From Gammaproteobacteria bacterium (lineage in GTDB: Bacteria > Pseudomonadota > Gammaproteobacteria > Eutrophobiales > Eutrophobiaceae): a stretch of DNA of 64,000 nt. Positions within the stretch are counted from its first letter, which is position 1, and every line of letters begins with the position of its first letter. Below the pieces are notes generated by a model. The model saw only the letters and a list, made by a program, of their open reading frames with translations. It did no database searches and was not told the origin of the DNA. A program made the translations under genes and the position numbers. Positions 1 to 9,169 of this stretch are shown here, piece after piece. The stretch lies in assembly GCA_965243205.1 (NCBI GenBank), contig CBDEUK010000002.1, forward strand, positions 2,144,001-2,208,000, given 5' to 3'.

Positions 1-33
1 CGATAATAGAAATAAGAACAGTAGTTTTTTCAT
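1..33 (-). CDS. 5' end of a probable secreted protein (MKKLLFLFLLS...), truncated by the window edge
   Basis: ATG at 33 on the minus strand (alternative ATG at 39), followed by a KK plus hydrophobic signal-peptide-like stretch; lies just downstream of the DUF4340 gene. Confidence 0.5.
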   Translation of the reverse strand, partial: MKKLLFLFLLS

Positions 34-67
34 ATCCATATAAATTAATTTATCATCGAATAGAATA

Positions 68-1114
68 TTAACGTACTAATTTATCTAGTGATATAGCCAT
101 ATCATCGTATTTGAATTTAGGTATTTCAAATACCCAAGGTGACATTTGTTGATTTAATAATTGAATTTCAGTCTCAGGATTCATTTCATCGTTATCTGTT
201 GATTCTTCTGTATTAGAAACTTGAGGTGCTTTATATTCAAACTGAAAATTAGCATAGTTTTTGTCTGAATCTTTTTTCAGTCTTATATTTACTACCAAAC
301 CACGAAAGCTTTCTACGGTTGTTAAAATTGAATTTTCAGACATATCAATCGATTGAGTTGAACGAACACTATCAGCTCGCACATCTTCAAGTAATCTTGC
401 AATACGATTTAGTATAACTTCTGATTGTGGTTTTTTGTCATCAGGTATATTGCTTAAATTAAAATTAACTTGCCCTTCATCGTTACGTGATAATGTAAAT
501 GTTTCTGTATTAGGGTGAGTAATATTTACAGATTTAATTTCACTTGAATCTAAATTAATGATGTCCTGTTGAAACCAATCTTTTTCTTGGCTACTAGCAG
601 TGATATTACCTTGGACTAATAATGCATGCTCCTCATTCGGTTTGCGAACATATAAGGCAGGAACGCTTTCATTAGACTCGCGTTTTTTACCAATGATAAT
701 GCTTTCGATTAGTTCACCGTTCTCATCGAGTAAAGAAACTAATTTAGATTGACTGCTTCTTTCATACGGCCCTTCAACAGCGAGTCTAGAATATAATTCA
801 GGATTTTTAGTTTTCTCTGAATCTATCTTTAATTCAGTAAGTCCCACAATGAGAGATTTTACTTTTTCAGAGATAGCAGGAAAGTTATCGCTGCTTTGTA
901 TTACCCAGTTGTTTTTGTTATGACTTAATATAACTTGCTCTTCGAAGCCTTTTATTTCAACAATTTTTATTCTGTTAATGTCTTGAGTAAGTTCAGGAAA
1001 TAAAAAACGTTTATCAATCGAAGTTGTTGGAGCACGTTTATCCCAAAAAATACTGGCTGCATAGATTGAACCAATGGTAATTACGATTAAAAAAGCAAGA
1101 TGACGAAATTTCAT
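68..1114 (-). CDS. DUF4340-domain periplasmic protein (Gld-like ABC operon member)
   Basis: N-terminal TM anchor; repeated 'I..I.I.....L.....W' modules; usual position downstream of a GldG-like gene. Confidence 0.75.
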   Translation of the reverse strand: MKFRHLAFLIVITIGSIYAASIFWDKRAPTTSIDKRFLFPELTQDINRIKIVEIKGFEEQVILSHNKNNWVIQSSDNFPAISEKVKSLIVGLTELKIDSEKTKNPELYSRLAVEGPYERSSQSKLVSLLDENGELIESIIIGKKRESNESVPALYVRKPNEEHALLVQGNITASSQEKDWFQQDIINLDSSEIKSVNITHPNTETFTLSRNDEGQVNFNLSNIPDDKKPQSEVILNRIARLLEDVRADSVRSTQSIDMSENSILTTVESFRGLVVNIRLKKDSDKNYANFQFEYKAPQVSNTEESTDNDEMNPETEIQLLNQQMSPWVFEIPKFKYDDMAISLDKLVR

Positions 1115-1119
1115 AATAC

Positions 1120-2976
1120 TTAAGTATGACGGTTACGATAAATAGCGAGTCCCAAAGAAAAGACAATGATTAATAAAGGTATTAAACCGATATTTATAAA
1201 ACGTAATTGATTTCCAAGTCGTTCTATATTCTTTTTTAAATCATGTTGAACAGAACGCAATTCTTTTCGAGTTTTGACACGTTCTTGTCTGAACTTCTCA
1301 ATCTCTTCGTTTTCTGCTTTGCTAAGTACAGCAACGCTCTCTTCCCCACGTTGAGTTTGAATTTCGAGTATCTTATCTTCTGTTTCTTTTAATTTAGTTA
1401 GTAGCTTTTGTTCGCGATCACGGAATTGTGATTCTGCTTCACGACGAATAGCTTCGACTTTTTCGAATGGCCTTGAGAAAACACCGCGACTTCTTAAACT
1501 TATCAGGTCTGTATTACCTGATAAGTTATCGATAGAGTTAATAATAAAGTCACCATTGTTTGCAATCGGTTGAGGAATACTCATACCAAACATATTTTGT
1601 TCACGAATCCAAAACAAGTCTCGAAGAATATCTGTATCAGCAGCAAGAATTAAATTAATTTCACCTTCACTAACAAATTTATCATCTGCTTCTTCATCTT
1701 CCCCCAGAAGTGGTTTGCCATCAGGAAAAGCCGATTTTACTTTACCACTTACTCTCGCAATTAAAGTCTGTTTCCTTTCTTCTGATTTAAAATTATCTAA
1801 CATCACTTTAGGATCACGTTGAAATAAAATTAAATCACGTTCGATTTGCATCGATTGTAGGGTTGTTTCAATAAGAGGGGTGATATTAATGTTCGAACCT
1901 TCAGTCTTTTCAATGATGCCTGAAGTACCCAAGTTAATAATGTTTAAATTATTCGTGGTGAAATCATCTTGATTAAAATTTTCTTTACCTAAACTTAACC
2001 AGGGTAAATAAGATACCTCTTCAGGACCTTTTGCAGTACGTGATTGAACACGCATAGCGGCATTAGAATCACCAGCAATTTTTTCTTTAACAACATTAAC
2101 GCCCCAAAGGTTGAATAAAATATCTAAGTCGGAATCCAAGTCAGGCATTACATTGGGGTTATCTGCTGGAGGTTGAGAAGAATCACCTTCCGCTAATGGA
2201 TCCAAGAACACCATTGCTTTACCACCGCGCAATAAGAACTGATCAATTGCATACAAAATAGGTTCTTTTAAATCTTTTGGATGTACGATCATTAATACAT
2301 CTATATCTGGGTTAATTTCACTGGCTTTGAAATTAATATTTTCGATATCAAAAAAATCATACATGTTTTTAATAACAGTCCATGTTTCTAAATTGGTTTC
2401 TTTATTGCCTAAAATAGGCAAAGAACTAATGACGCCAATCAATGGTTTTTTTGGATACGCTAATCCATAAATTAATTTAGAAAGGTCGTATTCTAATGAA
2501 GCTTGTTTGTCAGCTTGAAACATTGGGATAATGGCTTCGTCATCCGTTGAGTTAGCACCAACCAAACCAAAGTAAGCTCTATCACCCGCTGCATTGACTT
2601 GAATGCCTTGTAAACCATAGCCAACGGCCTCATCTTCTTCTTCCGAAAAAGGTTCAGGGTCAGTAATGGTTAATGTTAAATTTCCATTCGATTTTGCAGC
2701 ATACTCCTCCAACAAATCTCGAACACGAACGCCATACTGCAACATGCCTGGGTTAAAACCCGTTAACTCATTTTGTGAAAAATAAAATTTTAATGAAATA
2801 GGTTCTTCAAGGTTTTCTAATATATTGATAGTACCTTGAGATAGTGTGAATAATTTATTTTCTGTTAAATCTACACGCCAATTAGTAAAGACACTATTCA
2901 CTAAAACGACACTGGCAATGAATAAAATGATGCCAAAGACTAATCCTGTTCCTGAAGCAATTTTTCTTAATAACAT
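1120..2976 (-). CDS. GldG-family ABC transporter auxiliary component
   Basis: DLTENKLFTLSQGT, LEYDLSKLI and IDQFLLRGGKAMVFLDP motifs; N- and C-terminal TM helices; coiled coil near the C-terminus. Confidence 0.85.
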   Translation of the reverse strand: MLLRKIASGTGLVFGIILFIASVVLVNSVFTNWRVDLTENKLFTLSQGTINILENLEEPISLKFYFSQNELTGFNPGMLQYGVRVRDLLEEYAAKSNGNLTLTITDPEPFSEEEDEAVGYGLQGIQVNAAGDRAYFGLVGANSTDDEAIIPMFQADKQASLEYDLSKLIYGLAYPKKPLIGVISSLPILGNKETNLETWTVIKNMYDFFDIENINFKASEINPDIDVLMIVHPKDLKEPILYAIDQFLLRGGKAMVFLDPLAEGDSSQPPADNPNVMPDLDSDLDILFNLWGVNVVKEKIAGDSNAAMRVQSRTAKGPEEVSYLPWLSLGKENFNQDDFTTNNLNIINLGTSGIIEKTEGSNINITPLIETTLQSMQIERDLILFQRDPKVMLDNFKSEERKQTLIARVSGKVKSAFPDGKPLLGEDEEADDKFVSEGEINLILAADTDILRDLFWIREQNMFGMSIPQPIANNGDFIINSIDNLSGNTDLISLRSRGVFSRPFEKVEAIRREAESQFRDREQKLLTKLKETEDKILEIQTQRGEESVAVLSKAENEEIEKFRQERVKTRKELRSVQHDLKKNIERLGNQLRFINIGLIPLLIIVFSLGLAIYRNRHT

Positions 2977-2985
2977 GTTTTTACC

Positions 2986-3720
2986 TCAGTCTGCTTTCTT
3001 TTGATCAATGATAATCACATTGGCGTATAACCAAATCGCAACCAATGCAAAGAAATAAAAAACATCTCTAAAATCAATCACACCTTTTTTAATCGATTCG
3101 AAATGTGTTAAGAAACTGAATGATGCGACTGCGTCGACTAACCATTGTGGAACCCAATCTGGAAAAAAATCTAATACTGCAGGAAAGCCACATAGAATGA
3201 ATAGAAAACAAACCACAACTGTCACTACGAATGCAATAACTTGGCTTTTTGATAAAGCCGATAAACAAGAGCCAATGGCTAGAAAACCTGCGGCCATTAA
3301 AAAGCTACCAATATAACTGGCTAAAATAACGGTGTTATCAGGTTCACCTAAATAATTCACCGTGATCCAAACAGGAAATGTGAGAATCAATGCAACACCA
3401 GTAAAACACCAAGCTGCTAAGAATTTACCGATCACTGCGTCCAAAGTATTAATGGGTAAAGTCATGAGTAATTCGATGCTGCCACTTTTACGTTCTTCAG
3501 ACCAAAGACGCATGGCAATGGCTGGAATTAAGAATAAATACAACCAAGGATGAAATTGGAAAAATGGTTCTAAATCAGCTTGGTTACGTTCGTAAAACTG
3601 GCCTATCTGAAATGTGAAGGTTCCTGTTAATAATAAAAAGATCACAATGAATACATAAGCAACGGGTGTTGCAAAGTAACCATAGAGTTCTCGTTTGAAG
3701 ATCGCGATTATGTTCTTCAT
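2986..3720 (-). CDS. ABC-2 type permease, GldF-like
   Basis: FKRELYGYFATPVAYV and MRLWSEERKSGSIELLMTLP motifs; about 6 TM helices. Confidence 0.9.
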   Translation of the reverse strand: MKNIIAIFKRELYGYFATPVAYVFIVIFLLLTGTFTFQIGQFYERNQADLEPFFQFHPWLYLFLIPAIAMRLWSEERKSGSIELLMTLPINTLDAVIGKFLAAWCFTGVALILTFPVWITVNYLGEPDNTVILASYIGSFLMAAGFLAIGSCLSALSKSQVIAFVVTVVVCFLFILCGFPAVLDFFPDWVPQWLVDAVASFSFLTHFESIKKGVIDFRDVFYFFALVAIWLYANVIIIDQKKAD

Positions 3721-4478
3721 GATTGAGCCTCCATGCCTTCTGATTCATAAAATTTATTGGTGATATCACGAAACACATCATCCATGCGACCTGTTTCAGA
3801 TTGTTCAAGTAATTCTTTTGGCGTGCCGTCGTAAAGTATTTGTCCAGAGGCAATAATAATGGCGCGATCACAGACTGCGTCAACTTCTTCCATAATATGA
3901 GTCGAGATAATAATGGCTTTGTCTTTGGCCATTTCTTGGATCAATAAACGTACTTCGTGTTTTTGGTTAGGATCGAGGCCATCGGTTGGTTCGTCCATAA
4001 TCAAGACTTCTGGATCATGTAATATAGCTTGAGCAACCCCGACGCGGCGTTTGAAACCTTTGGATAGTGTTTCAATGGTTTGATATTTTACAGATTCCAA
4101 ATGAATTCGAGCGATGGATTTATCAACGGCATTGGTTCTTTCTTCACCATAAAGACCGCGAATCTCGCCAACAAAATGCAGGAAACTATTAACGGTCATT
4201 TCACCATAACTAGGCGCGCCTTCAGGCAAATAACCAAATTTTTGTTTGGCTTCTATGGGATTATCAAGAACATTAAAACCACAGATAGAAACCGAACCTG
4301 AGGTAGGCTCTAGAAAACCAGTGATCATTTTCATTGTTGTGGATTTACCAGCGCCATTCGGCCCAAGAAAACCCAAAACTTCGCCCTTATTTATAGTGAA
4401 TGATACACCTCTGACCGCATGGATAGGGCCAAAGCGTTTCACAAGGTTGTTGACTGAGATAGCCGCTTCAGTATTCAA
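3717..4478 (-). CDS. ABC transporter ATP-binding protein, GldA-like
   Basis: Walker A GPNGAGKST, signature LSKGFKRR, Walker B LIMDEP; 4-bp overlap with the permease; exact start uncertain (TTG). Confidence 0.92.
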   Translation of the reverse strand: MNTEAAISVNNLVKRFGPIHAVRGVSFTINKGEVLGFLGPNGAGKSTTMKMITGFLEPTSGSVSICGFNVLDNPIEAKQKFGYLPEGAPSYGEMTVNSFLHFVGEIRGLYGEERTNAVDKSIARIHLESVKYQTIETLSKGFKRRVGVAQAILHDPEVLIMDEPTDGLDPNQKHEVRLLIQEMAKDKAIIISTHIMEEVDAVCDRAIIIASGQILYDGTPKELLEQSETGRMDDVFRDITNKFYESEGMEAQS

Positions 4479-4619
4479 GACAGTAGTTACCTTAATTGTT
4501 TTATGTTTATTTAGACCATTATTTCGAATGGCAGGCTATTCTGCACAAATAAACACCATCGTCAATTGCATGACTAAGACTATCTAGGCGAATAGTTGTT
4601 CAAACAGAAGTTTTTTGAC

Positions 4620-5483
4620 CTAATTTTCTCGTTTTAAGCGAAATAGTGAAGAAATATCTTCATCTCCGAAACCTTGTTCCATCAATTTTTGATAATGGAT
4701 CAAGGTCATTTCAATCATTGGCCAAGCCTTTTCTGCATTATCTTTTTTAGCCATTTGTTGGCAAATAGTAAGATCTTTATGATGTAGCGCAAGTTTAAAA
4801 CCTGGGTCAAATTTACCGGCCAGCATGGTTTTACCTCGATGTTCCAAAAACCAATTACCTGCTGCTCCAGAGGAAACCACATCCACTACTTTATCCATTT
4901 CCAATCCCATCGTAACGCCAAATGCTAGAGATTCTGTTACCGCTTGGTTAATACCTGCGGCCATCATTTGATTGACAGCTTTGGTCGCTTGGCCTGAACC
5001 TGTTGATCCCATGTAAACAATATTTTTAGCAATAGCATTCAGAGTGGGGCGGGTTTTTTCAAGAATATTTTCCTCGCCGCCAACCATCATCGCTAATGTA
5101 CCATGTTTGGCACCTTCAACGCCGCCAGAGACAGGGCAATCTAAAAAGTGAACATTCTTGGTCTGTAAGATATTAAAAGCTGTTTCGGCTGTTGTTGAGC
5201 TAACGGTAGATGTATCCACTACGATAGCATTTGTAGGTAAAGAGTCCACAATGCTATTAACCATCTCTAATACATCTTCATCCCGTGACACACAGAGAAT
5301 GATCAGTTCACATTGACTAGCAAGATCCGCTGGGTTTTGCGTCTGTTTACAGCCAAGCTCTTTAGCAAGGGCTTCAGCTTTCGAGCTAGTTCGATTCCAT
5401 ACTGCTTCCAAAGTATTAACTTTTGCAAGGTTTCGAGCCATATGGGCACCCATTGCACCAAGACCAATAACACCCGTTTTCAT
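4620..5483 (-). CDS. NAD(P)-dependent beta-hydroxyacid dehydrogenase (3-hydroxyisobutyrate/tartronate semialdehyde reductase family)
   Basis: GVIGLGAMG Rossmann motif, FLDCPVSGG, GSGQATKAVNQ (catalytic Lys); ATG start at 5483 preferred. Confidence 0.9.
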   Translation of the reverse strand: MKTGVIGLGAMGAHMARNLAKVNTLEAVWNRTSSKAEALAKELGCKQTQNPADLASQCELIILCVSRDEDVLEMVNSIVDSLPTNAIVVDTSTVSSTTAETAFNILQTKNVHFLDCPVSGGVEGAKHGTLAMMVGGEENILEKTRPTLNAIAKNIVYMGSTGSGQATKAVNQMMAAGINQAVTESLAFGVTMGLEMDKVVDVVSSGAAGNWFLEHRGKTMLAGKFDPGFKLALHHKDLTICQQMAKKDNAEKAWPMIEMTLIHYQKLMEQGFGDEDISSLFRLKREN

Positions 5484-5677
5484 TAACAAAGCTCCAATGA
5501 TTAATTTTTATTGAACCATAACAAGAAAAAATACTTATTTATAGGTAAGCGGGAACAAATCACTTTCAGATAATATTATGAGGGTTTAGCATCATTCTCT
5601 TGCATTGTAATAAAGATGATATAAATCTTAATTACTCTTTAATTAATATATTTTTAGTGCCAACTCTAGTGAGGACA

Positions 5678-6337
5678 ATGTTTGTGATGAGCATTTTTAA
5701 ACCGTTCTTTTTTGCATATTGTTGCTTATTCATAAATTCTGCTTTTTCCACCACGGTTCTACAAATTCACCTCGACGATATGCTGCTCCAATCAGAATTA
5801 GTTTTTGAGGGAGAGGTACTGTCTTCTGAATCTAAATGGAATAGAAAAAAAACATTCATACATACATATGTTAATTTCAGAGTAGATGACGTTATCAAAG
5901 GAAATTACTCTGGAAATACTCTAACTCTAAGTTTTGCGGGTGGAGAAATAGATGGCGCAGTGTTACAAGTTTCTGGAATGAAATATCCTGATATTGGTGA
6001 AAAAGGTGTTTTTTTTATTGAGCAGTTAAACAAGCCACAAGTGAACCCATTTATTGGTTGGGGCCAAGGTCATTTTATAATTGCTAAAGACCAATCTGGA
6101 ACAGATCGAGTTTTAACTGAAAACAAGAAGATGGTACTAGGTTTGGAGCAAATGGAATCAACAGTTTCACGGGCTTTGAGATCTAATAGGATGCAACCAT
6201 TCGCTCATGGGGTTGCTGAAGGACTCAGGCTTGGGCAGGATAATGAGCCTTTAAGAAACGCAATGGAAAAACGAGTTTTTATATCCTCTATAAAACAAAG
6301 GTTAGTAAGATTAATGGATCAAGGATATGTTGAATAG
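5678..6337 (+). CDS. Secreted hypothetical protein with an OB-fold/TIMP-NTR-like pattern
   Basis: GAGG precedes ATG 5678 (alternative start 5687); signal peptide ending ..SAFS; ELVFEGEV...VNFRVDDVIKG...AGG pattern; stop overlaps the next GTG start. Confidence 0.65.
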   Translation: MFVMSIFKPFFFAYCCLFINSAFSTTVLQIHLDDMLLQSELVFEGEVLSSESKWNRKKTFIHTYVNFRVDDVIKGNYSGNTLTLSFAGGEIDGAVLQVSGMKYPDIGEKGVFFIEQLNKPQVNPFIGWGQGHFIIAKDQSGTDRVLTENKKMVLGLEQMESTVSRALRSNRMQPFAHGVAEGLRLGQDNEPLRNAMEKRVFISSIKQRLVRLMDQGYVE

Positions 6338-7467
6338 TGTTTATTAAAGTAATTACTTGTGTGTTTTGTTTCTTTATGAGTTTTTCTGTCAATGCATTTG
6401 TTTTAACAGGAAGTTCTTGGCCAGCAGGTGAGACTGAAGTTTATGTCAATTTTTCTGCATCTAATACATTTTCAGATACCCCAAATGTTGTGGTTCCAGG
6501 GGGGCCTTCAATAAGCGAATTACAAACTGCTTATATCGAAGCGATGGATATTTGGACTAATAACTCTACTTTTCAATATATTCCAAATACTGGAGTAGGT
6601 TTTGGAGCTCCCTGTACTTCATCATTTAATACTGCGATATTTTCAACAACTCCTGAATGCGATAGTAGTGTTTTTGGTGAAAATACTCTCGCAGTACAAT
6701 GGACGTTTAGACCTTTTGAAGGCAGTACAACTACTATTAAAACACTAACCGTTTTCAATAATGCTTTTGAATGGGATATCTATACTGGACCATGGACAGG
6801 TGTGGCTGAATTTAAACGAGTGGCCGTACATGAGCTTGGACATGGATTGGGACTTGGGCATTCCGCAGATTCTTCTGCAATCATGTGGTTTCAAGCTGGG
6901 AACACTGAAACTCCACAGATGGATGATCTAAATGGAGTTGCAGCCCTGTATGATTTAGATTCGGATGGAGTTGGTATTGCTTCAGATAACTGTCCTGATG
7001 TTGCAAATAATACTCAAACTGACACTGATTCTGACGGGCAAGGAGATGCTTGTGATAGTGACGATGATAATGATGGAATAAACGATACAGTCGACAATTG
7101 CCCAATCAATGCTAACGCTGGGCAAGCAAATTTTGATAATGATTCTGAAGGTGATGTTTGTGATTTGGATGATGACAATGATGGGCTGACTGATTTAGAA
7201 GAAATTAATACATATAATACCAACCCTTTTAATTCAGATTCAGATAACGATGGATTAAGTGATGGAGATGAAATCAATATTTATTCTACTGATCCAAATT
7301 TATCCGATACTGATAATGATGGTATTAACGATGGAGATGAAGTAACGAACGGAACCGATCCTCTTGTTAATGAGTCTGTGATAATCCCTGCTATGCCAAT
7401 GTTAGCCTTACTGATATTAGGTTTGTTCTTAATACAAGCGAATAAGTTAACTCATCGTAAAATTTGA
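6337..7467 (+). CDS. Secreted matrixin (M10-like metzincin) metalloprotease with thrombospondin type-3 Ca-binding repeats and an IPTL-CTERM-like tail
   Basis: Signal peptide (SVNA); HELGHGLGLGH zinc motif; SAIM Met-turn; DNCP/DxDxDG repeats; C-terminal IPAMP, hydrophobic helix and basic tail. Confidence 0.88.
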   Translation: MFIKVITCVFCFFMSFSVNAFVLTGSSWPAGETEVYVNFSASNTFSDTPNVVVPGGPSISELQTAYIEAMDIWTNNSTFQYIPNTGVGFGAPCTSSFNTAIFSTTPECDSSVFGENTLAVQWTFRPFEGSTTTIKTLTVFNNAFEWDIYTGPWTGVAEFKRVAVHELGHGLGLGHSADSSAIMWFQAGNTETPQMDDLNGVAALYDLDSDGVGIASDNCPDVANNTQTDTDSDGQGDACDSDDDNDGINDTVDNCPINANAGQANFDNDSEGDVCDLDDDNDGLTDLEEINTYNTNPFNSDSDNDGLSDGDEINIYSTDPNLSDTDNDGINDGDEVTNGTDPLVNESVIIPAMPMLALLILGLFLIQANKLTHRKI

Positions 7468-8865
7468 ATAATGCTTTGCGATTACGTGGGCAATACAACA
7501 CGTTAATTTTTTAGCCATAGGAATATGCAAAAACTCATTCGGGCCATGCGCATTTGAACCTGGTCCGAGTACTCCAGTAATCACAAACTGTGCTTCAGGA
7601 TATTTCTCTCCTAACATACCCATAAATGGTATCGACCAACCTTCGCCCATAAATACTGCTGGTTTTTCAAAGTAAAAATTAGAAGCTTCTTGTAAGCATT
7701 GTTCTAACCAAGGTTCTACTTCAGGTGCCATCCAACCTGAAGCTGCCCAGTCTGGTTTGAATTCAATATGTGCTCCGTAAGGTGGTTTGGCCTCAAGTAA
7801 ATTTTTTAACTCTAAAGAAGCTTTTTCACCATCACATGTAGGTGGTAAACGCATTGAAAGTTTGATGGATGTTTGAGGTCTTAAAACATTTCCTGCGGAT
7901 TGAATTTCAGGAACACCGTCTATACCTATATATGATAAAGCTGGCCGCCAACTACGATTTAAAATTAATTCTGCAACGTTATCATCCATGGCTTGAGTTG
8001 AAGCAGTAAAAGGGAAGCGATTAAATAAATCTTCTCCAATGTTCTTAGCTGCTTGTTCAGCTTGCTCAACACGTGACTGAGGAATCTCGACATGGAATTC
8101 ATTAGCAATAATTTCACCTGAAGTTGCATCTTCTAAGCGATCTAATAATTGTCGAATGATGCGAAAGCTTGAAGGCACAATACCACTGGCATCGCCAGAA
8201 TGAACACCTTCATCTAATACCTGAACAGATAGTTCGCCACCAATCAATCCGCGTAAAGACGATGTCATCCATAATTGTTCATAGTTGCCACAGCCTGAAT
8301 CTAAACAAATCACTAATGAAGGCTTACCAATTTTTTCTGCGAGATGATCAATATAAAACGGTAAGTCATAACTACCACTTTCTTCACAGGCTTCGATAAT
8401 AATGACACATCGAGCATGAGGTATATTCTGTTGTTGTAAGGCTTGGATGGCTGTAATTGAAGAGAAGAAGGCATAGCCATCATCGGCTCCTCCACGACCA
8501 TATAACTTATCGTTTTCTAGTTTAGGCTTAAAAGGTGCTAAGTCATCGCGCCAACCAGTCATCTCTGGTTGTTTATCCAAATGACCATATAACAAAACAG
8601 TGTCATTAATTTGACCATCAATTTCGATATAGATTAATGGCGTACGGTTTTCTAATCGAACCACTTGATGCGTTAAGTTATTAATCTTTTTTTGTTGTAA
8701 CCATGTACAAAATTGTTCAACGGCTTCTTCCATATAACCATGACTCTGCCAGTCAACATCAAATGCTGGGGATTTATTCGGAATTTTGATGTATTCGGTC
8801 AATTCATGAACGATAGATTCATCCCATTGTCTATTAATAAAGTTTTCGATTTGTTGTTGATTCAT
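7447..8865 (-). CDS. M20/M25/M40 family metallo-hydrolase (dipeptidase-like)
   Basis: YGHLDKQP, GRGGADDG, CEESGS, DSG and NAHGPNE metal-binding motifs. Confidence 0.9.
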   Translation of the reverse strand: MNQQQIENFINRQWDESIVHELTEYIKIPNKSPAFDVDWQSHGYMEEAVEQFCTWLQQKKINNLTHQVVRLENRTPLIYIEIDGQINDTVLLYGHLDKQPEMTGWRDDLAPFKPKLENDKLYGRGGADDGYAFFSSITAIQALQQQNIPHARCVIIIEACEESGSYDLPFYIDHLAEKIGKPSLVICLDSGCGNYEQLWMTSSLRGLIGGELSVQVLDEGVHSGDASGIVPSSFRIIRQLLDRLEDATSGEIIANEFHVEIPQSRVEQAEQAAKNIGEDLFNRFPFTASTQAMDDNVAELILNRSWRPALSYIGIDGVPEIQSAGNVLRPQTSIKLSMRLPPTCDGEKASLELKNLLEAKPPYGAHIEFKPDWAASGWMAPEVEPWLEQCLQEASNFYFEKPAVFMGEGWSIPFMGMLGEKYPEAQFVITGVLGPGSNAHGPNEFLHIPMAKKLTCCIAHVIAKHYSNFTMS

Positions 8866-8971
8866 AGTTTTTTGTATTGAACAAGAAAATTAGTTGCTAT
8901 TGTGGCACAATTATAATGCTTAAATCATAAACCAATAACCGATTCGTTGAAGGGGAGTCGAGGAGATAACA

Positions 8972-9139
8972 ATGAGCATCAAACTAGTTTTCAAACTATT
9001 AGTGGTATCTGTTTTATCTTTCGTATTATTTGGTTGTAATAAAGATGGAGCCGAAACATCTGGTTCTACAAGTTTAGATGATAGTTCTCATATCGTTGTT
9101 TACCAAGATGAGATCTATAAAAACTGGCCATATCAGTAA
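8972..9139 (+). CDS. Small lipoprotein (55 aa), absent from the ORF track: MSIKLVFKLLVVSVLSFVLFGCNKDGAETSGSTSLDDSSHIVVYQDEIYKNWPYQ
   Basis: AGGAG SD at 8961-8965; ATG 8972; lipobox LFGC; C-terminal motif repeated in the downstream protein; TAA at 9137-9139. Confidence 0.85.
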   Translation: MSIKLVFKLLVVSVLSFVLFGCNKDGAETSGSTSLDDSSHIVVYQDEIYKNWPYQ

Positions 9140-9169
9140 TTTTAAAATTTGTTTTATAGGAGTTTTTTC

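Noticed and set aside
6950-7370. GAT/GAC-rich periodic DNA that could look like a repeat array or CRISPR
   Set aside because: It is fully explained by Asp-rich TSP3 protein repeats; there are no identical repeats with spacers and no cas genes.
8902-8920. TGGCAC suggesting a sigma54 promoter for the lipoprotein operon
   Set aside because: The required TTGC at the -12 position is missing (the sequence reads TGGCAC-AATTA-TAAT).
9149-9169. ORF-track upstream starts (9149, also 5600, 29093, 52984)
   Set aside because: Downstream ATGs (9170, 5678, 29117, 52924) fit SD positions or family N-termini better.
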